Part shown: positions 25,214 to 34,261 of the stretch, in pieces
Position numbering within the stretch: the stretch's first letter is position 1
How the letters are laid out: each line of letters opens with the position of its first letter
Assembly (NCBI GenBank): GCA_015231405.1
Contig: JADGBR010000017.1
Span: 1,651-65,482, forward strand
DNA length: 63,832 nucleotides
Reading direction: 5' to 3'
Source of the DNA: Candidatus Omnitrophota bacterium
GTDB taxonomy: Bacteria > Omnitrophota > Gorgyraeia > Tantalellales > Tantalellaceae
Notes under the pieces: generated by a model
Databases searched by the model: none
Told to the model about the DNA's origin: nothing
Seen by the model: the letters and a program-made list of their open reading frames with translations, nothing else
Position numbers and translations under genes: made by a program

Positions 25214-27343
25214 CTACGGAATATTGTCAAGATTTATCAGATCCCTCGCCCCGATCGCGGCGGGAAATTTTAGTATCATCGTCGTCCCCTTTCCCTCTAC
25301 GCTCTCAACCTCGATCGAGCCTTTATGGGCCTTCATTATCTTCGACGTGACCGAAAGGCCCAGCCCCGTACCCCTGGGTTTCCCCGTGAACAAGGGCTGG
25401 AATATCTTTTCGATATTCTCTTCCGGTATCCCTACTCCTTCATCCTTTACCGCCACGACCACATTCGCGCCGTCTTCATGGCCCGTAACGTTTATTTTCC
25501 CTCCATCCGGCATGGCTTCGATGGCGTTAGTGAGCACATTCGTGAACACCTGTTTCAGCTGGCCGGCGTCACCCATTATCTCTTTGGCAAGCCCGGCTGA
25601 GTCCAGTTCGATCCGTATCTTGTCCGGGACCGGGAAGGCTTTTGTGATAATAACCTCCTTGACGATATCGTGGACGATCACTCTCTTAAGGATCGGAAGC
25701 TTCGGACTCGCGAAAGAAAGTATGTTGGTTATTATGCCATTGCTCCTCTTCGCTTCCGATTCGATCATGCCCACGTGTTTTAGGACCATGGGATCCGAGG
25801 CGAATACGTCCTTCTTCATCCTGAGAAAATATACGGAGGTCAATATGGCAGATAAGGGATTGCGCAGCTCATGCCCGAGCATCCCGGAAAGTTCCCCCAG
25901 AGCCGCCAGCCTCTCCGACTTCCCGATCCTGTCATAAGCCTCCCGGAGCTCGTCCGCCTGTTTGTTGAGATCCTCGATCATGAAGAGCATGGCCTTCTGG
26001 TCCAGTAAAAGGTCTTCATTCTTCTCCCGGAGTTCCCCGGCCCTCTCATCCACCTCATTCTCGAGCTTCACCTTCAATTCCTCGAGCTCGGAGGTCCTCG
26101 CCTTTACTTCGGATTCGAGCCGCGCGCTGTAGCCCAGCATTTCCTGGCGGGACCTCTTGAGTTTAGCCGCCATATCGTTGGTAACTTCCGCCAGGACCTG
26201 AAGCTCGTCGCCGGTATCAACCCGTACAGGATGGTCCAGATCCCCTTCAGCTATTTTTCCAACGGCCCTCACGATGGATTCCACCGGCTGAGAGAGCACC
26301 CCGCCCACGTAGCGCGAGGCTAACGCGGAAATAACGATCGTCAGGGCCATCAAGAAGAGCGCTATCCTGAAATAACTTTTCAGCGGACTATAGATCTCGT
26401 CCTTGTCCTGCTCAAAAACAACTATCCATCTGATCCCTTTTTTTGCCAATACAGGGTTCTTCACGAGCGCGAACACCTTAATGTCCTTTTCATCGAGCAT
26501 CACTATCGTACCCGTCTCCTTGAAATATATCTTTTTTACGTTCTCCCCGGAAACGAACTTTTTACCTTTAGGAAAAAACGAGGGGGCGAACAGGACCTCT
26601 GCCTTCTCGTCGATGAGGAACGCGAACCCTGTCTTGCCGTACCGGAACTTCTCCAGGGACTCCATGACCTTGCCTACCGCGACGACATTCTTGCATACCC
26701 CTATCACGGAGCCGTCGGCGCTTTTTATGGGTACCGCCAAAGGGATCGACATGGACCGGATCGATTCGTCATACTCGACCTTACCGACATAACTCGCTCC
26801 TTTGCCGCCGTTAAAAGCCTCCTGCCACCATTCCTCGTCGGCCTGATAAAAATCGGATGTCTTCCCCGAGGCCGCGACCAGGCCCCCGTACCTGTCAGTC
26901 AGGAATATTTCCCTGATATCGGCGAGGGTCTTAGTCAGGTCAGCCAGCTCTTTGCTCGCTCCGGTGTCGAGGATACGCTTCAGTTTATCGTTAACCAACT
27001 CTTTTTCGGACCACATCCTGTCCATATCCGCGAAGAATCCGGGCATATCAGCGTCTTTCATGCCCGCATAAGAAGCGTTCGCTCCTTCCGCTTCATTTAT
27101 GAACATGAACGAAGACAGAAGCACTTTAGTGTCAAGAAGTTCCTCGTCCAGGGTCTCGCCTATGTGCCCGGCAAGCATGGCGGTGATGGTCTCATAACGT
27201 TTATATATCTCGTTCCGGGCGCGGTCCATCCCGGCGAACATTAACACAGTGACCGGGAGCGCGACCATGAACAAGGTGATAAGGAACACCAGTATGGCCG
27301 TTTTGGCCCTGAGACTCAATGTAATATCCTCATCCCTTCTCAT
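25214..27343 (-). CDS. Cache-HAMP sensor histidine kinase
   Basis: 709 aa. Two TM helices flank a periplasmic Cache-like domain. HAMP (AEGDLDHPVRV...GDELQVLAEVTNDMAAKL), coiled coil, HisKA (GHELRNPL), HATPase_c (GTGLGLSV). Confidence 0.88.
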   Translation of the reverse strand: MRRDEDITLSLRAKTAILVFLITLFMVALPVTVLMFAGMDRARNEIYKRYETITAMLAGHIGETLDEELLDTKVLLSSFMFINEAEGANASYAGMKDADMPGFFADMDRMWSEKELVNDKLKRILDTGASKELADLTKTLADIREIFLTDRYGGLVAASGKTSDFYQADEEWWQEAFNGGKGASYVGKVEYDESIRSMSIPLAVPIKSADGSVIGVCKNVVAVGKVMESLEKFRYGKTGFAFLIDEKAEVLFAPSFFPKGKKFVSGENVKKIYFKETGTIVMLDEKDIKVFALVKNPVLAKKGIRWIVVFEQDKDEIYSPLKSYFRIALFLMALTIVISALASRYVGGVLSQPVESIVRAVGKIAEGDLDHPVRVDTGDELQVLAEVTNDMAAKLKRSRQEMLGYSARLESEVKARTSELEELKVKLENEVDERAGELREKNEDLLLDQKAMLFMIEDLNKQADELREAYDRIGKSERLAALGELSGMLGHELRNPLSAILTSVYFLRMKKDVFASDPMVLKHVGMIESEAKRSNGIITNILSFASPKLPILKRVIVHDIVKEVIITKAFPVPDKIRIELDSAGLAKEIMGDAGQLKQVFTNVLTNAIEAMPDGGKINVTGHEDGANVVVAVKDEGVGIPEENIEKIFQPLFTGKPRGTGLGLSVTSKIMKAHKGSIEVESVEGKGTTMILKFPAAIGARDLINLDNIP

Positions 27344-28244
27344 TTTTCCTCAAAAGTTCTATTTCATCGGACAGCTCTTTCATCCGTATCTCCCGGCCTA
27401 TGGTCGCCCGCCGGAACCTCTCGAGTTCGGCTATTTTTTCGTTCAGCTCTTTTGTCTTATCGATGACTTCAGATCTCATCACGACTCCGTAACCCGCCTG
27501 CATTTCCCTGGTTTCCCTCAATTTGCCCAACATGTCGTTCAGAAAGAGAGCTATATCCCCCAACTCGCCCGGCCTTGAATCGTCCAACCGGAAATCCAGG
27601 TCACCCTGTTTCACCCTTTTCGAAAAATTCAGAAGCTCGCCGATGAGCCTGTCCATGAAGGTCTTTACCAGGATGGTCAAATAGGCCATCATCCCAAAAA
27701 GCAGAGCTGTGAGGAGAATAAAAACAACCCCGAGGCCCTTACCCGCTATGTCCGTCTTTTTCCAGGACGAGCTGGTCACGCGCGACATATCGTCTAAAAG
27801 AAGACGCGTACAGGCCAGTATCTGTTCGAAAAGTATTTGCCGTTTCGAAGCGGCCTCGTCCGAAAGTACTTTTCCCTCAGCCCCGGAAGAAATCCCGGCC
27901 ATTTCATGAAAGAGGCCCTGTATTATGCCGTTGTCCCTCCTCATCCCCTCGATGGAACCCTTAATCTCCCTGTCCTTATCGAAAACAGCCGACTCCAGGA
28001 GCTCCCCTATCTCATCGTTCATCTTTACCCACTGGGCCCGGGCCATTAGCCCTTCTTTGCCAAGGAACAGCCCCTGTTCGAGCACGTGCTGGTCGATCAT
28101 CTTTTTACCCAGCTCCGAAGATATCCTGCTGAACTCAGCCATATCCCTGAAATGCCCCAGGCTCAAAGCCCCGGCTATCCCCGACAGTATGGCTATAACG
28201 GCGAATATGGCGAAATATGCCCGTATTTTGGACCTTATATTCAT
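27330..28244 (-). CDS. Membrane HAMP-domain protein with a coiled-coil tail (no kinase core)
   Basis: 304 aa. Two TM helices, HAMP (KQGDLDFRLDDSRPGELGDIALFLNDMLGKL). It has a 14-nt overlap with the downstream kinase gene. Confidence 0.7.
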   Translation of the reverse strand: MNIRSKIRAYFAIFAVIAILSGIAGALSLGHFRDMAEFSRISSELGKKMIDQHVLEQGLFLGKEGLMARAQWVKMNDEIGELLESAVFDKDREIKGSIEGMRRDNGIIQGLFHEMAGISSGAEGKVLSDEAASKRQILFEQILACTRLLLDDMSRVTSSSWKKTDIAGKGLGVVFILLTALLFGMMAYLTILVKTFMDRLIGELLNFSKRVKQGDLDFRLDDSRPGELGDIALFLNDMLGKLRETREMQAGYGVVMRSEVIDKTKELNEKIAELERFRRATIGREIRMKELSDEIELLRKNEKG

Positions 28245-28388
28245 GCATTCCCCCCGATGCCAGCCGAAAAATCCCTCCGGCCTTGCTCTCTCTCCCGGTA
28301 TTGATCAAATATACATTATAAAACCAGCAATAGTAAATTTTCCAACCCGTTTTGTTATTTCGGGTTTAAATGATATACTTGATGTCAA

Positions 28389-28943
28389 ATGAGACGGCTC
28401 CTGACAATATTCCCGCTGATTTCTTTTCTTATCGCCCTCTCCGGTTGTTCCTCAGGCTCCGCAGGAACAACGGGTAAAGGGGGTTGGGAATACCGGCCGC
28501 TAGGCATAAGGATGGATATCCCGGCCGGATGGACCGCGGAATCGAAAAAGGCCGTTTTTTTTGATTCCGTAACTATTTCCCGGAACAATTCCTCCGACGC
28601 CGGGATCATAATTACCGGCCCTTCGCCCCTCGTCCAGGCTTATTTCCGGTTTACCCGTTTCAAACTTGTCGATTATATGGACTGGACGCTAAAGACCTTC
28701 GACACGGGATTCTTCGAAATATCCGGGAAGAAGGAGGACAAATTTAACGGGATGCCGGCGTTCGAAGCCGATCTTAAGCTTTCGACATTTTTGCCCGGAG
28801 GGTCAAAAGTCGAGGGTAAAAGCTGGTTTTTCGCCCGGGGTAAAAGATTTTATGCGGTCTCGTACTGGCTTAACGACCGGATCGACTACGGAAATACCCT
28901 GAAAAAGATCCTTAGCGCACTGGATTCCATGGAGTTCAGTTAA
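28389..28943 (+). CDS. Hypothetical lipoprotein
   Basis: 184 aa. Lipobox LIALSG|C. No recognisable domain. Confidence 0.6.
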   Translation: MRRLLTIFPLISFLIALSGCSSGSAGTTGKGGWEYRPLGIRMDIPAGWTAESKKAVFFDSVTISRNNSSDAGIIITGPSPLVQAYFRFTRFKLVDYMDWTLKTFDTGFFEISGKKEDKFNGMPAFEADLKLSTFLPGGSKVEGKSWFFARGKRFYAVSYWLNDRIDYGNTLKKILSALDSMEFS

Positions 28944-28944
28944 C

Positions 28945-29000
28945 AGAATACAGAGTTCAGGATACAGAATCCAGAATTCAGAATATAGAATTCAGAATGG
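28945..29000 (+). repeat. Heptamer tandem array (CAGAATW)x8
   Basis: CAGAATA CAGAGTT CAGGATA CAGAATC CAGAATT CAGAATA TAGAATT CAGAATG. It fills the spacer between two convergent genes. Confidence 0.85.
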
Positions 29001-29009
29001 GGGGGCGGG

Positions 29010-31160
29010 TTAAACGTTCTTTAATGAAGCAGCTTTCTCCGCAGCGCGTAGCCCCTTCTCCGCTTTCAGGTCGCCGGGATCTATCTCGATCGCCTTCCGG
29101 AAATTCTCTACGGCTTTCGCGTAATCTTTGGCTTTATAATAAGCGTACCCGGAATTATAATACGTTTTGCCGTAAGAAGGGTCGAGCTTTATGGCGGCGC
29201 TGAAAAGGGACAGAGCTTCCGCGCCGTTGCCGGAGATGACGTACAACTCCCCGCGCTTATTGAGAGAAGATGCATCATCCGGGATATCGTTCCTCTTTTT
29301 GACGAGGATCCCGAACCCCTTCCCTTTTAGCGGTGTTTTGCCGAAAACAAATATGTCCGTATAGTTCTTATCTATCCAGCTCCCGAGCTCTTTCGCGTAA
29401 TCGCGCCCGAAATACTCGCTCCCGTACTCTTTTGTGTTCCTGTCCATTATCACGGCATAATCCGGGCTTTTCTCCTTAAGGGTAGAGAGCATGACCTCCT
29501 CGGAGAACATGATCACCTCCGGCGGGATGAAATCTATATGCCCGGTCGGGTTGACCTTCCTCGTCATGTAATTCAGCATTATCCCTTCGGGAAATACCGT
29601 GACCGTCGCTTTTTCGGGCATGAGATAGCCGTGGAATTTGATGAACTGGCCGAGCCAGTACCCCTTGGAGGACATCTTAGCGGAATATGTGACGACAGCG
29701 TCTCCTCCGCTTCCGACCGTATAGTCTTTGATCCCGTAATATCTGCTGCCCGATACGGCGAACTGGAACAAAAGCGCCGCGAGGAACGCTACGACCCACA
29801 CCCTGGCCTCGAAAAAAGCGCCGGCGTATCTCCCCGCTAAGGTCGGGACCTCGGCCGCCAGGATAGCCGTCATGACCAGGAAGCCCGGCATCGCCAGGGC
29901 GAAACCGTAATGATACAGGTTGGTGTTGAGAACGATCTTAATGAGAAGAAAACACGCGAAGACCGAGAATACCAAAATGATAAGTTCTTTTTTGATATCT
30001 CCGCCGTTCCTCGAGACCCGAGCGGCCCTGGCGGCGATGGATACCGAATAAACCCCCAAAACTAACGCCATAGGCCTGAGGGAATACGCCCAGTATTTAC
30101 CCGCGAGAAAAAAGGCCATGCCCGCCGCGATAATGGCGGCCGCGGCCGTGACAAGCGTCCGGGCTCCGGGTTCGGTCTTCTTGAGCGCGTACGTCCCGGC
30201 CCCAAAGAAAGCCAGGATACCCGCGTAGGCTCCGAGACATTTCATCATCACCATGAGATTCCCCGGCACATCGTCCCTTCCGGCAACCTTCATGTAAAAG
30301 ACCAGGTCGACCATATTGGGATTGAGCGCCTGGGCGAACTGGAAAAATATCCATGGAACGGCGGTGCTTAAAGGCATATACCTCGACAGATAGAGGGAAA
30401 ACAGAACCATCGGAACGGCCGCGCCGATAACGAGATATCCGGAAATTTTCAATATCCCCGGAACGCCCATCTTTACGCGATATGCCGCTCCCACCAGACC
30501 CAATAACACCGCCGGCGTTAGGGCGATCGTCACTTCCAGCTTTGTCAGGGCCACGATACCGTAAATGAGCCCTATCACGGCCCACAGCGCGTCTTTTTTC
30601 CTGTCGAGATACACGGAGTATACGTAAATGAGCAGCACCGAAAATATTATCCCGTGCGTAAGCTCATGGGAATAAGGGGAAAGAAAATTGTAATTGCCTA
30701 CCTTGACGTACTGGCTGAAAGCGAACACCGAGACGAAGCTCATCCCGGCAATGAAAGCGGCGAGCCTGCCATAAGCCTTCCTGAAGATCCGGTCGATACC
30801 GAAGAACAGGGACATCGCGAGCAAAAAATTAGCGGCCGCGAGAGTGATCACCCCCGGGGAAAAGACCCTGAAAAGGAAAGCGTTGAAATAAGCCGAAAAA
30901 GGCCCCCTGAAATAAGCTATGTCCCTGTACAGGACCTTTCCCTCGGAGAGCTGCCACGGCACGTACAGCTCTCTGCCGAAATCGATCAGTATATCAGGCC
31001 ACTTCCTCCACCCGAGCGAGATCATGATCATCCCCGTCAGGATGACGGGTAAGTATACCAGGAAAGGGTAGCGGTCAAGCTTCTGTTGTATTCCGGACAT
31101 CGCGATCATCGGTAAAAGGATACATCTATCGCGGACAAAAGAAAAGAGTAAAGATTCCAA
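29010..31160 (-). CDS. Polytopic membrane protein (GT-C/ArnT-like) with a C-terminal soluble domain and TPR repeats
   Basis: 716 aa, with about 12 or more TM helices. The C-terminal TPRs are YYNSGYAYYKAKDYAKAVENFRKAIEIDPGD. Confidence 0.6.
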   Translation of the reverse strand: MESLLFSFVRDRCILLPMIAMSGIQQKLDRYPFLVYLPVILTGMIMISLGWRKWPDILIDFGRELYVPWQLSEGKVLYRDIAYFRGPFSAYFNAFLFRVFSPGVITLAAANFLLAMSLFFGIDRIFRKAYGRLAAFIAGMSFVSVFAFSQYVKVGNYNFLSPYSHELTHGIIFSVLLIYVYSVYLDRKKDALWAVIGLIYGIVALTKLEVTIALTPAVLLGLVGAAYRVKMGVPGILKISGYLVIGAAVPMVLFSLYLSRYMPLSTAVPWIFFQFAQALNPNMVDLVFYMKVAGRDDVPGNLMVMMKCLGAYAGILAFFGAGTYALKKTEPGARTLVTAAAAIIAAGMAFFLAGKYWAYSLRPMALVLGVYSVSIAARAARVSRNGGDIKKELIILVFSVFACFLLIKIVLNTNLYHYGFALAMPGFLVMTAILAAEVPTLAGRYAGAFFEARVWVVAFLAALLFQFAVSGSRYYGIKDYTVGSGGDAVVTYSAKMSSKGYWLGQFIKFHGYLMPEKATVTVFPEGIMLNYMTRKVNPTGHIDFIPPEVIMFSEEVMLSTLKEKSPDYAVIMDRNTKEYGSEYFGRDYAKELGSWIDKNYTDIFVFGKTPLKGKGFGILVKKRNDIPDDASSLNKRGELYVISGNGAEALSLFSAAIKLDPSYGKTYYNSGYAYYKAKDYAKAVENFRKAIEIDPGDLKAEKGLRAAEKAASLKNV

Positions 31161-31228
31161 GTTAATATGACCTGTTAGTGTAAAAAAGTATGCTGACTTT
31201 TAAAGAGTTCCTTGCTTATCGTGCCGAT

Positions 31229-31382
31229 GGCGTAAAGGAGATGGGAACCTTCTACCGGCACCTTGCAAACTTCTAGCTCGGCATACCGCCTTCACTGTAA
31301 TATTTCCAAGGTCCACGCACAAGGCGATTACAATTGGTGGGACAGCAAGGTGCCGTACGAAGAACCCCATCTCCTTCACGCC
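31229..31382 (+). repeat. Long-hairpin structured element, copy B (candidate ncRNA or MITE)
   Basis: 154 nt. GGCGTAAAGGAGATGGGAACCTTCTACCGGCACCTTGC...GCAAGGTGCCGTACGAAGAACCCCATCTCCTTCACGCC. Conserved flanks extend to about 31209..31409. Confidence 0.8.
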
Positions 31383-31440
31383 CTCACCACTCACGCAAAA
31401 ACCTGAAAACCCCTCCCTGATTCATGACAGGGACGGGTCA

Positions 31441-31640
31441 AGGTGTGGATATCCTCTTTAAGCAAAGGGGCACCTTTGGGAATTTCAGCCTTTAACATGC
31501 CTTTTTATGACAACCACCTTTCTTGCGGCTCGCCCCCCGAAGCCGAAGGCGGAGGAGGGTGAATGCGCAAGTTCTAAAAACGGCATGTTAAAGGCGTTAA
31601 GAAATTCCCTGGGGAAGGCTTGAAGAGGATGTCCACACCT
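31441..31640. repeat. 200-bp imperfect inverted repeat (very long hairpin)
   Basis: AGGTGTGGATATCCTCTTTAAGC..GGGAATTTCAGCCTTTAACATGCC (31441-31501) against GGCATGTTAAAGGCGTTAAGAAATTCCC..GCTTGAAGAGGATGTCCACACCT (31582-31640). The apical CTTGCG...CGCAAG sub-hairpin lies between them. Confidence 0.75.
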
Positions 31641-31775
31641 CACCGATCGCGTGATCATCGTCTGCATAAATGGTTACATTATCCATGACCTAACCCATTT
31701 GCAATTCATAACGCAACGGTGTAAAATAGAAGGTGCTTAATATCTTCAAGAGCGATAACAAGGAGAGAGATCCCT

Positions 31776-32759
31776 ATGGAAAATGTCCTATACAAGCTCG
31801 AAACTTACCTGAAGAAACAGATCTCACGAAAAGCTTTTCTGAAATTCGCGCTGGGGGGATTGACGCTCTTCATCGCGAACAACCGGTTCCTGAAACTCGC
31901 CTTCGCGAAAGCGGAGGATTCGACCGGCAGACCAAAGAACAAGGTCAAAGGTAACTACGACCTCGTAACGGCCGAAGGGCCTGACCCGTATAAAAACACC
32001 GTCCAGGCGGTAGCCGCCCTCGGCGGCATGGAAAAGTTCGTCAAAAAAGGCGCCGTCGTCGTGATCAAACCTAACATGGGCTGGGACAGGACCCCGGACC
32101 AGGCCGCCAACACAGATCCTATGGTAGTGGCGGCTCTTGTAGAAATGGCCTATCAGGCGGGCGCAAAAAAGGTGACAGTGTTCGACGTCCCCTGCAACGA
32201 CGAAAGGCGATGCCAGGAAAATAGCGGCATAAAAAAAGCGGCGGAAGAAAAAGGCGCCAAAGTCACGTTCGTCGACCATTGGAACGTCGTTAAAGCCAAA
32301 TTCCCATATAAGAGCGATATGGAGAACTGGCCCATACTCCGCGACGCCGTGGAATGCGACACCTTCATAAACGTTCCCGTTCTTAAGCACCACATGCTCA
32401 CGGGTTTAACGCTCTCGATGAAGAACCTGATGGGAGTCTGTTCCGGGACCAGAGGCCTTATGCACGTCGGCATCGACAATAAGCTCGTGGACATCACCGA
32501 TTTCATGAACCCGGACCTCACTGTCATCGACGCGACCAGGCACCTCACAAAGAACGGTCCGAGCGGCGGCAACGTGAAGGACGTAGTGACCATGAATAAA
32601 GTCATAGCATCGACCGACCCGACGCTCGCCGACATCCACGCCGCGAAACTCGTGGACAAAGACCCGATGAGCGTTCCATACATCAAGGCGGCCGTGGCCA
32701 GGAAATTCGGCATATTTGATCCCGCGTCGGCGAGCATACACGCGCTCACATCCGTATGA
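31776..32759 (+). CDS. DUF362-domain protein with a Tat-type signal
   Basis: 327 aa. The N-terminus is SRKAFLKFALGGLTLF and the DUF362-like core is VVIKPNMGWD...VPVLKHH. Confidence 0.7.
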   Translation: MENVLYKLETYLKKQISRKAFLKFALGGLTLFIANNRFLKLAFAKAEDSTGRPKNKVKGNYDLVTAEGPDPYKNTVQAVAALGGMEKFVKKGAVVVIKPNMGWDRTPDQAANTDPMVVAALVEMAYQAGAKKVTVFDVPCNDERRCQENSGIKKAAEEKGAKVTFVDHWNVVKAKFPYKSDMENWPILRDAVECDTFINVPVLKHHMLTGLTLSMKNLMGVCSGTRGLMHVGIDNKLVDITDFMNPDLTVIDATRHLTKNGPSGGNVKDVVTMNKVIASTDPTLADIHAAKLVDKDPMSVPYIKAAVARKFGIFDPASASIHALTSV

Positions 32760-34261
32760 AGAAGCTGGTCCTCACGCGAAAAGCGTCGCAGATGGTCTTT
32801 TTGGGGCTTTTCGTTTATATTTTGTGGTCCACGACGTACCCTCTTAAGGGCTTGTTCCCGTCAGACGCCTTCTTCAAGATCGACCCTTTGACGGTCATGT
32901 TCACTTCCTTAAGCGAAAGGGTATTTCTCCCGGGATTTATTATATCGCTCCTTATGTTGGCTCTCACCCTCGTCTTTGGAAGATTTTTCTGCGGATGGGT
33001 CTGCCCTCTGGGGACATGCCTCGACCTCACGGCTTTCGGAAAGAAGAGAAAGACCGTGCTCCGGGAAGCAGCGGGAGAGCGTATCCGGCGAATCAAGTAC
33101 ATCGTTCTTGGGACGATCTTCCTCTTCGCCGTTCTCGGCGTCCAGTGCGCGTGGGTGTTCGACCCGATCGTCATCGCCGCGCGGTTCGTGTCGCTCAACC
33201 TGATCCCATGGGTCACGATGGGAGTTGAAAGATCTATGGTCTTCGCTATCCAAAGGTTCGATCTCTACGGCCCTTTCTACGATCTTTACAGGGACCTTAG
33301 ATCGTCTTTCCTCGGTATAAACATAAACATGCCCGAGAACTCCGGAGTGATCTTCGCCTCGTTCGCGCTCTTACTTCTCGCCTCCGGCCGTGTCCCACGC
33401 CTTTGGTGCCGGACATTATGCCCGCTCGGAGCTCTCTATTCCCTCCCCGCGAAACTGTCGCTATTGGAACGGCGCTCCGAAAAGTGCACGCGTTGCGGGG
33501 TATGTTCGAAAAATTGCCGTATGGGCGCCATCAAGGATACCGGCGCGTACAATAAAGCCGAATGCGTCCTTTGCATGGACTGCGTTTATGACTGCCGGCC
33601 GGGCACTTCTTTCAACTGGCACAAGGCAAAACGCCGGGACAGAGCCCAGGCGAAAGACGCCCGGGGGATGTCGCGGAAAGATTTTCTTTTATTCTTCATT
33701 ATTCCCCTCGTAGCCGGCTTTAAGAACAAGGACGAAACTGCCGGAATGCCGGATATCGGGCTCATTGACGCCGCGGTGATACGCCCGCCCGGAGCCCAGA
33801 ACGAGAAAAAATTTCTCAACCTCTGCGTAAGATGCGGAAACTGCATGAAAGTCTGCATAACAGGGGCACTGCATCCGGTAATGTTCGAATCGGGGTTGGA
33901 AGGGCTCTGGTCGCCGCGCCTGGTCCCTGAGCTCGGTTACTGCGAATACAATTGCAACCTCTGCGGGCAGGTCTGCCCAACGGGAGCCATACCGTCCCTC
34001 CCGTTACCGGAAAAGAAAAAACAGATACTCGGGCTCGCCGTAGTCGATAAGACCATCTGTTTACCCTGGGTCAAAGGCAAGGACTGCATAGTATGCGAGG
34101 AACACTGCCCCACGCCGGACAAAGCCATAAAAATGGAAATTGACACCAGCGGCATCCGCCGTCCGATAGTTGATAAAACACTCTGTATAGGCTGCGGGAT
34201 CTGCCAGACCAAATGCCCCGTCCGGCCGCAAAGGGCGATACGCGTTATACCGACCGCTTAA
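32756..34261 (+). CDS. Membrane polyferredoxin (NapH-like N-terminal half plus multiple 4Fe-4S ferredoxin motifs)
   Basis: 501 aa. FCGWVCPLGT, WCRTLCPLGAL, then CTRCGVCSKNC, CVLCMDCVYDC, CVRCGNCMKVC, CNLCGQVCP, CIVCEEHCP, CIGCGICQTKCP. It has a 4-bp overlap with the DUF362 gene. Confidence 0.85.
   Translation: MKKLVLTRKASQMVFLGLFVYILWSTTYPLKGLFPSDAFFKIDPLTVMFTSLSERVFLPGFIISLLMLALTLVFGRFFCGWVCPLGTCLDLTAFGKKRKTVLREAAGERIRRIKYIVLGTIFLFAVLGVQCAWVFDPIVIAARFVSLNLIPWVTMGVERSMVFAIQRFDLYGPFYDLYRDLRSSFLGININMPENSGVIFASFALLLLASGRVPRLWCRTLCPLGALYSLPAKLSLLERRSEKCTRCGVCSKNCRMGAIKDTGAYNKAECVLCMDCVYDCRPGTSFNWHKAKRRDRAQAKDARGMSRKDFLLFFIIPLVAGFKNKDETAGMPDIGLIDAAVIRPPGAQNEKKFLNLCVRCGNCMKVCITGALHPVMFESGLEGLWSPRLVPELGYCEYNCNLCGQVCPTGAIPSLPLPEKKKQILGLAVVDKTICLPWVKGKDCIVCEEHCPTPDKAIKMEIDTSGIRRPIVDKTLCIGCGICQTKCPVRPQRAIRVIPTA

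Noticed and set aside
25185-25937. Plus-strand 250-aa ORF, and similar antisense ORFs at 32153..32749, 31824..32393, 34346..35197, 37259..37930, 41272..41856, 43022..43558, 60004..60522 and others.
   Set aside because: For the same reason: they are embedded antisense in genes with clear domain signatures, and their composition is that of a non-coding frame.
28945-29000. Tandem short repeats here, and at 3581, 46071 and 50395, as possible CRISPR arrays.
   Set aside because: The period is 7 nt with no unique spacers, the arrays are 20-60 bp long, and no cas genes are present. These are microsatellite/STRR-type heptamers, not CRISPR.
31250-31270. CGGCACCTTGCA inside the hairpin element as a sigma-54 (-24 GG / -12 GC) promoter.
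   Set aside because: The GG-to-GC spacing is about 6 nt instead of the required 10. The match is coincidental.
31229-31382. The ~154-nt long-hairpin element as 6S RNA, SRP RNA, tmRNA or RNase P RNA.
   Set aside because: - There are three copies in 64 kb, in both orientations.
- The internal loops are only 3x3 nt, so there is no large 6S-type central bubble.
- I see no SRP domain IV motif, no tRNA-like ends and no RNase P GAGGAAAGUCC box.
- It is kept as an unassigned repeat or candidate RNA, not a known housekeeping RNA.
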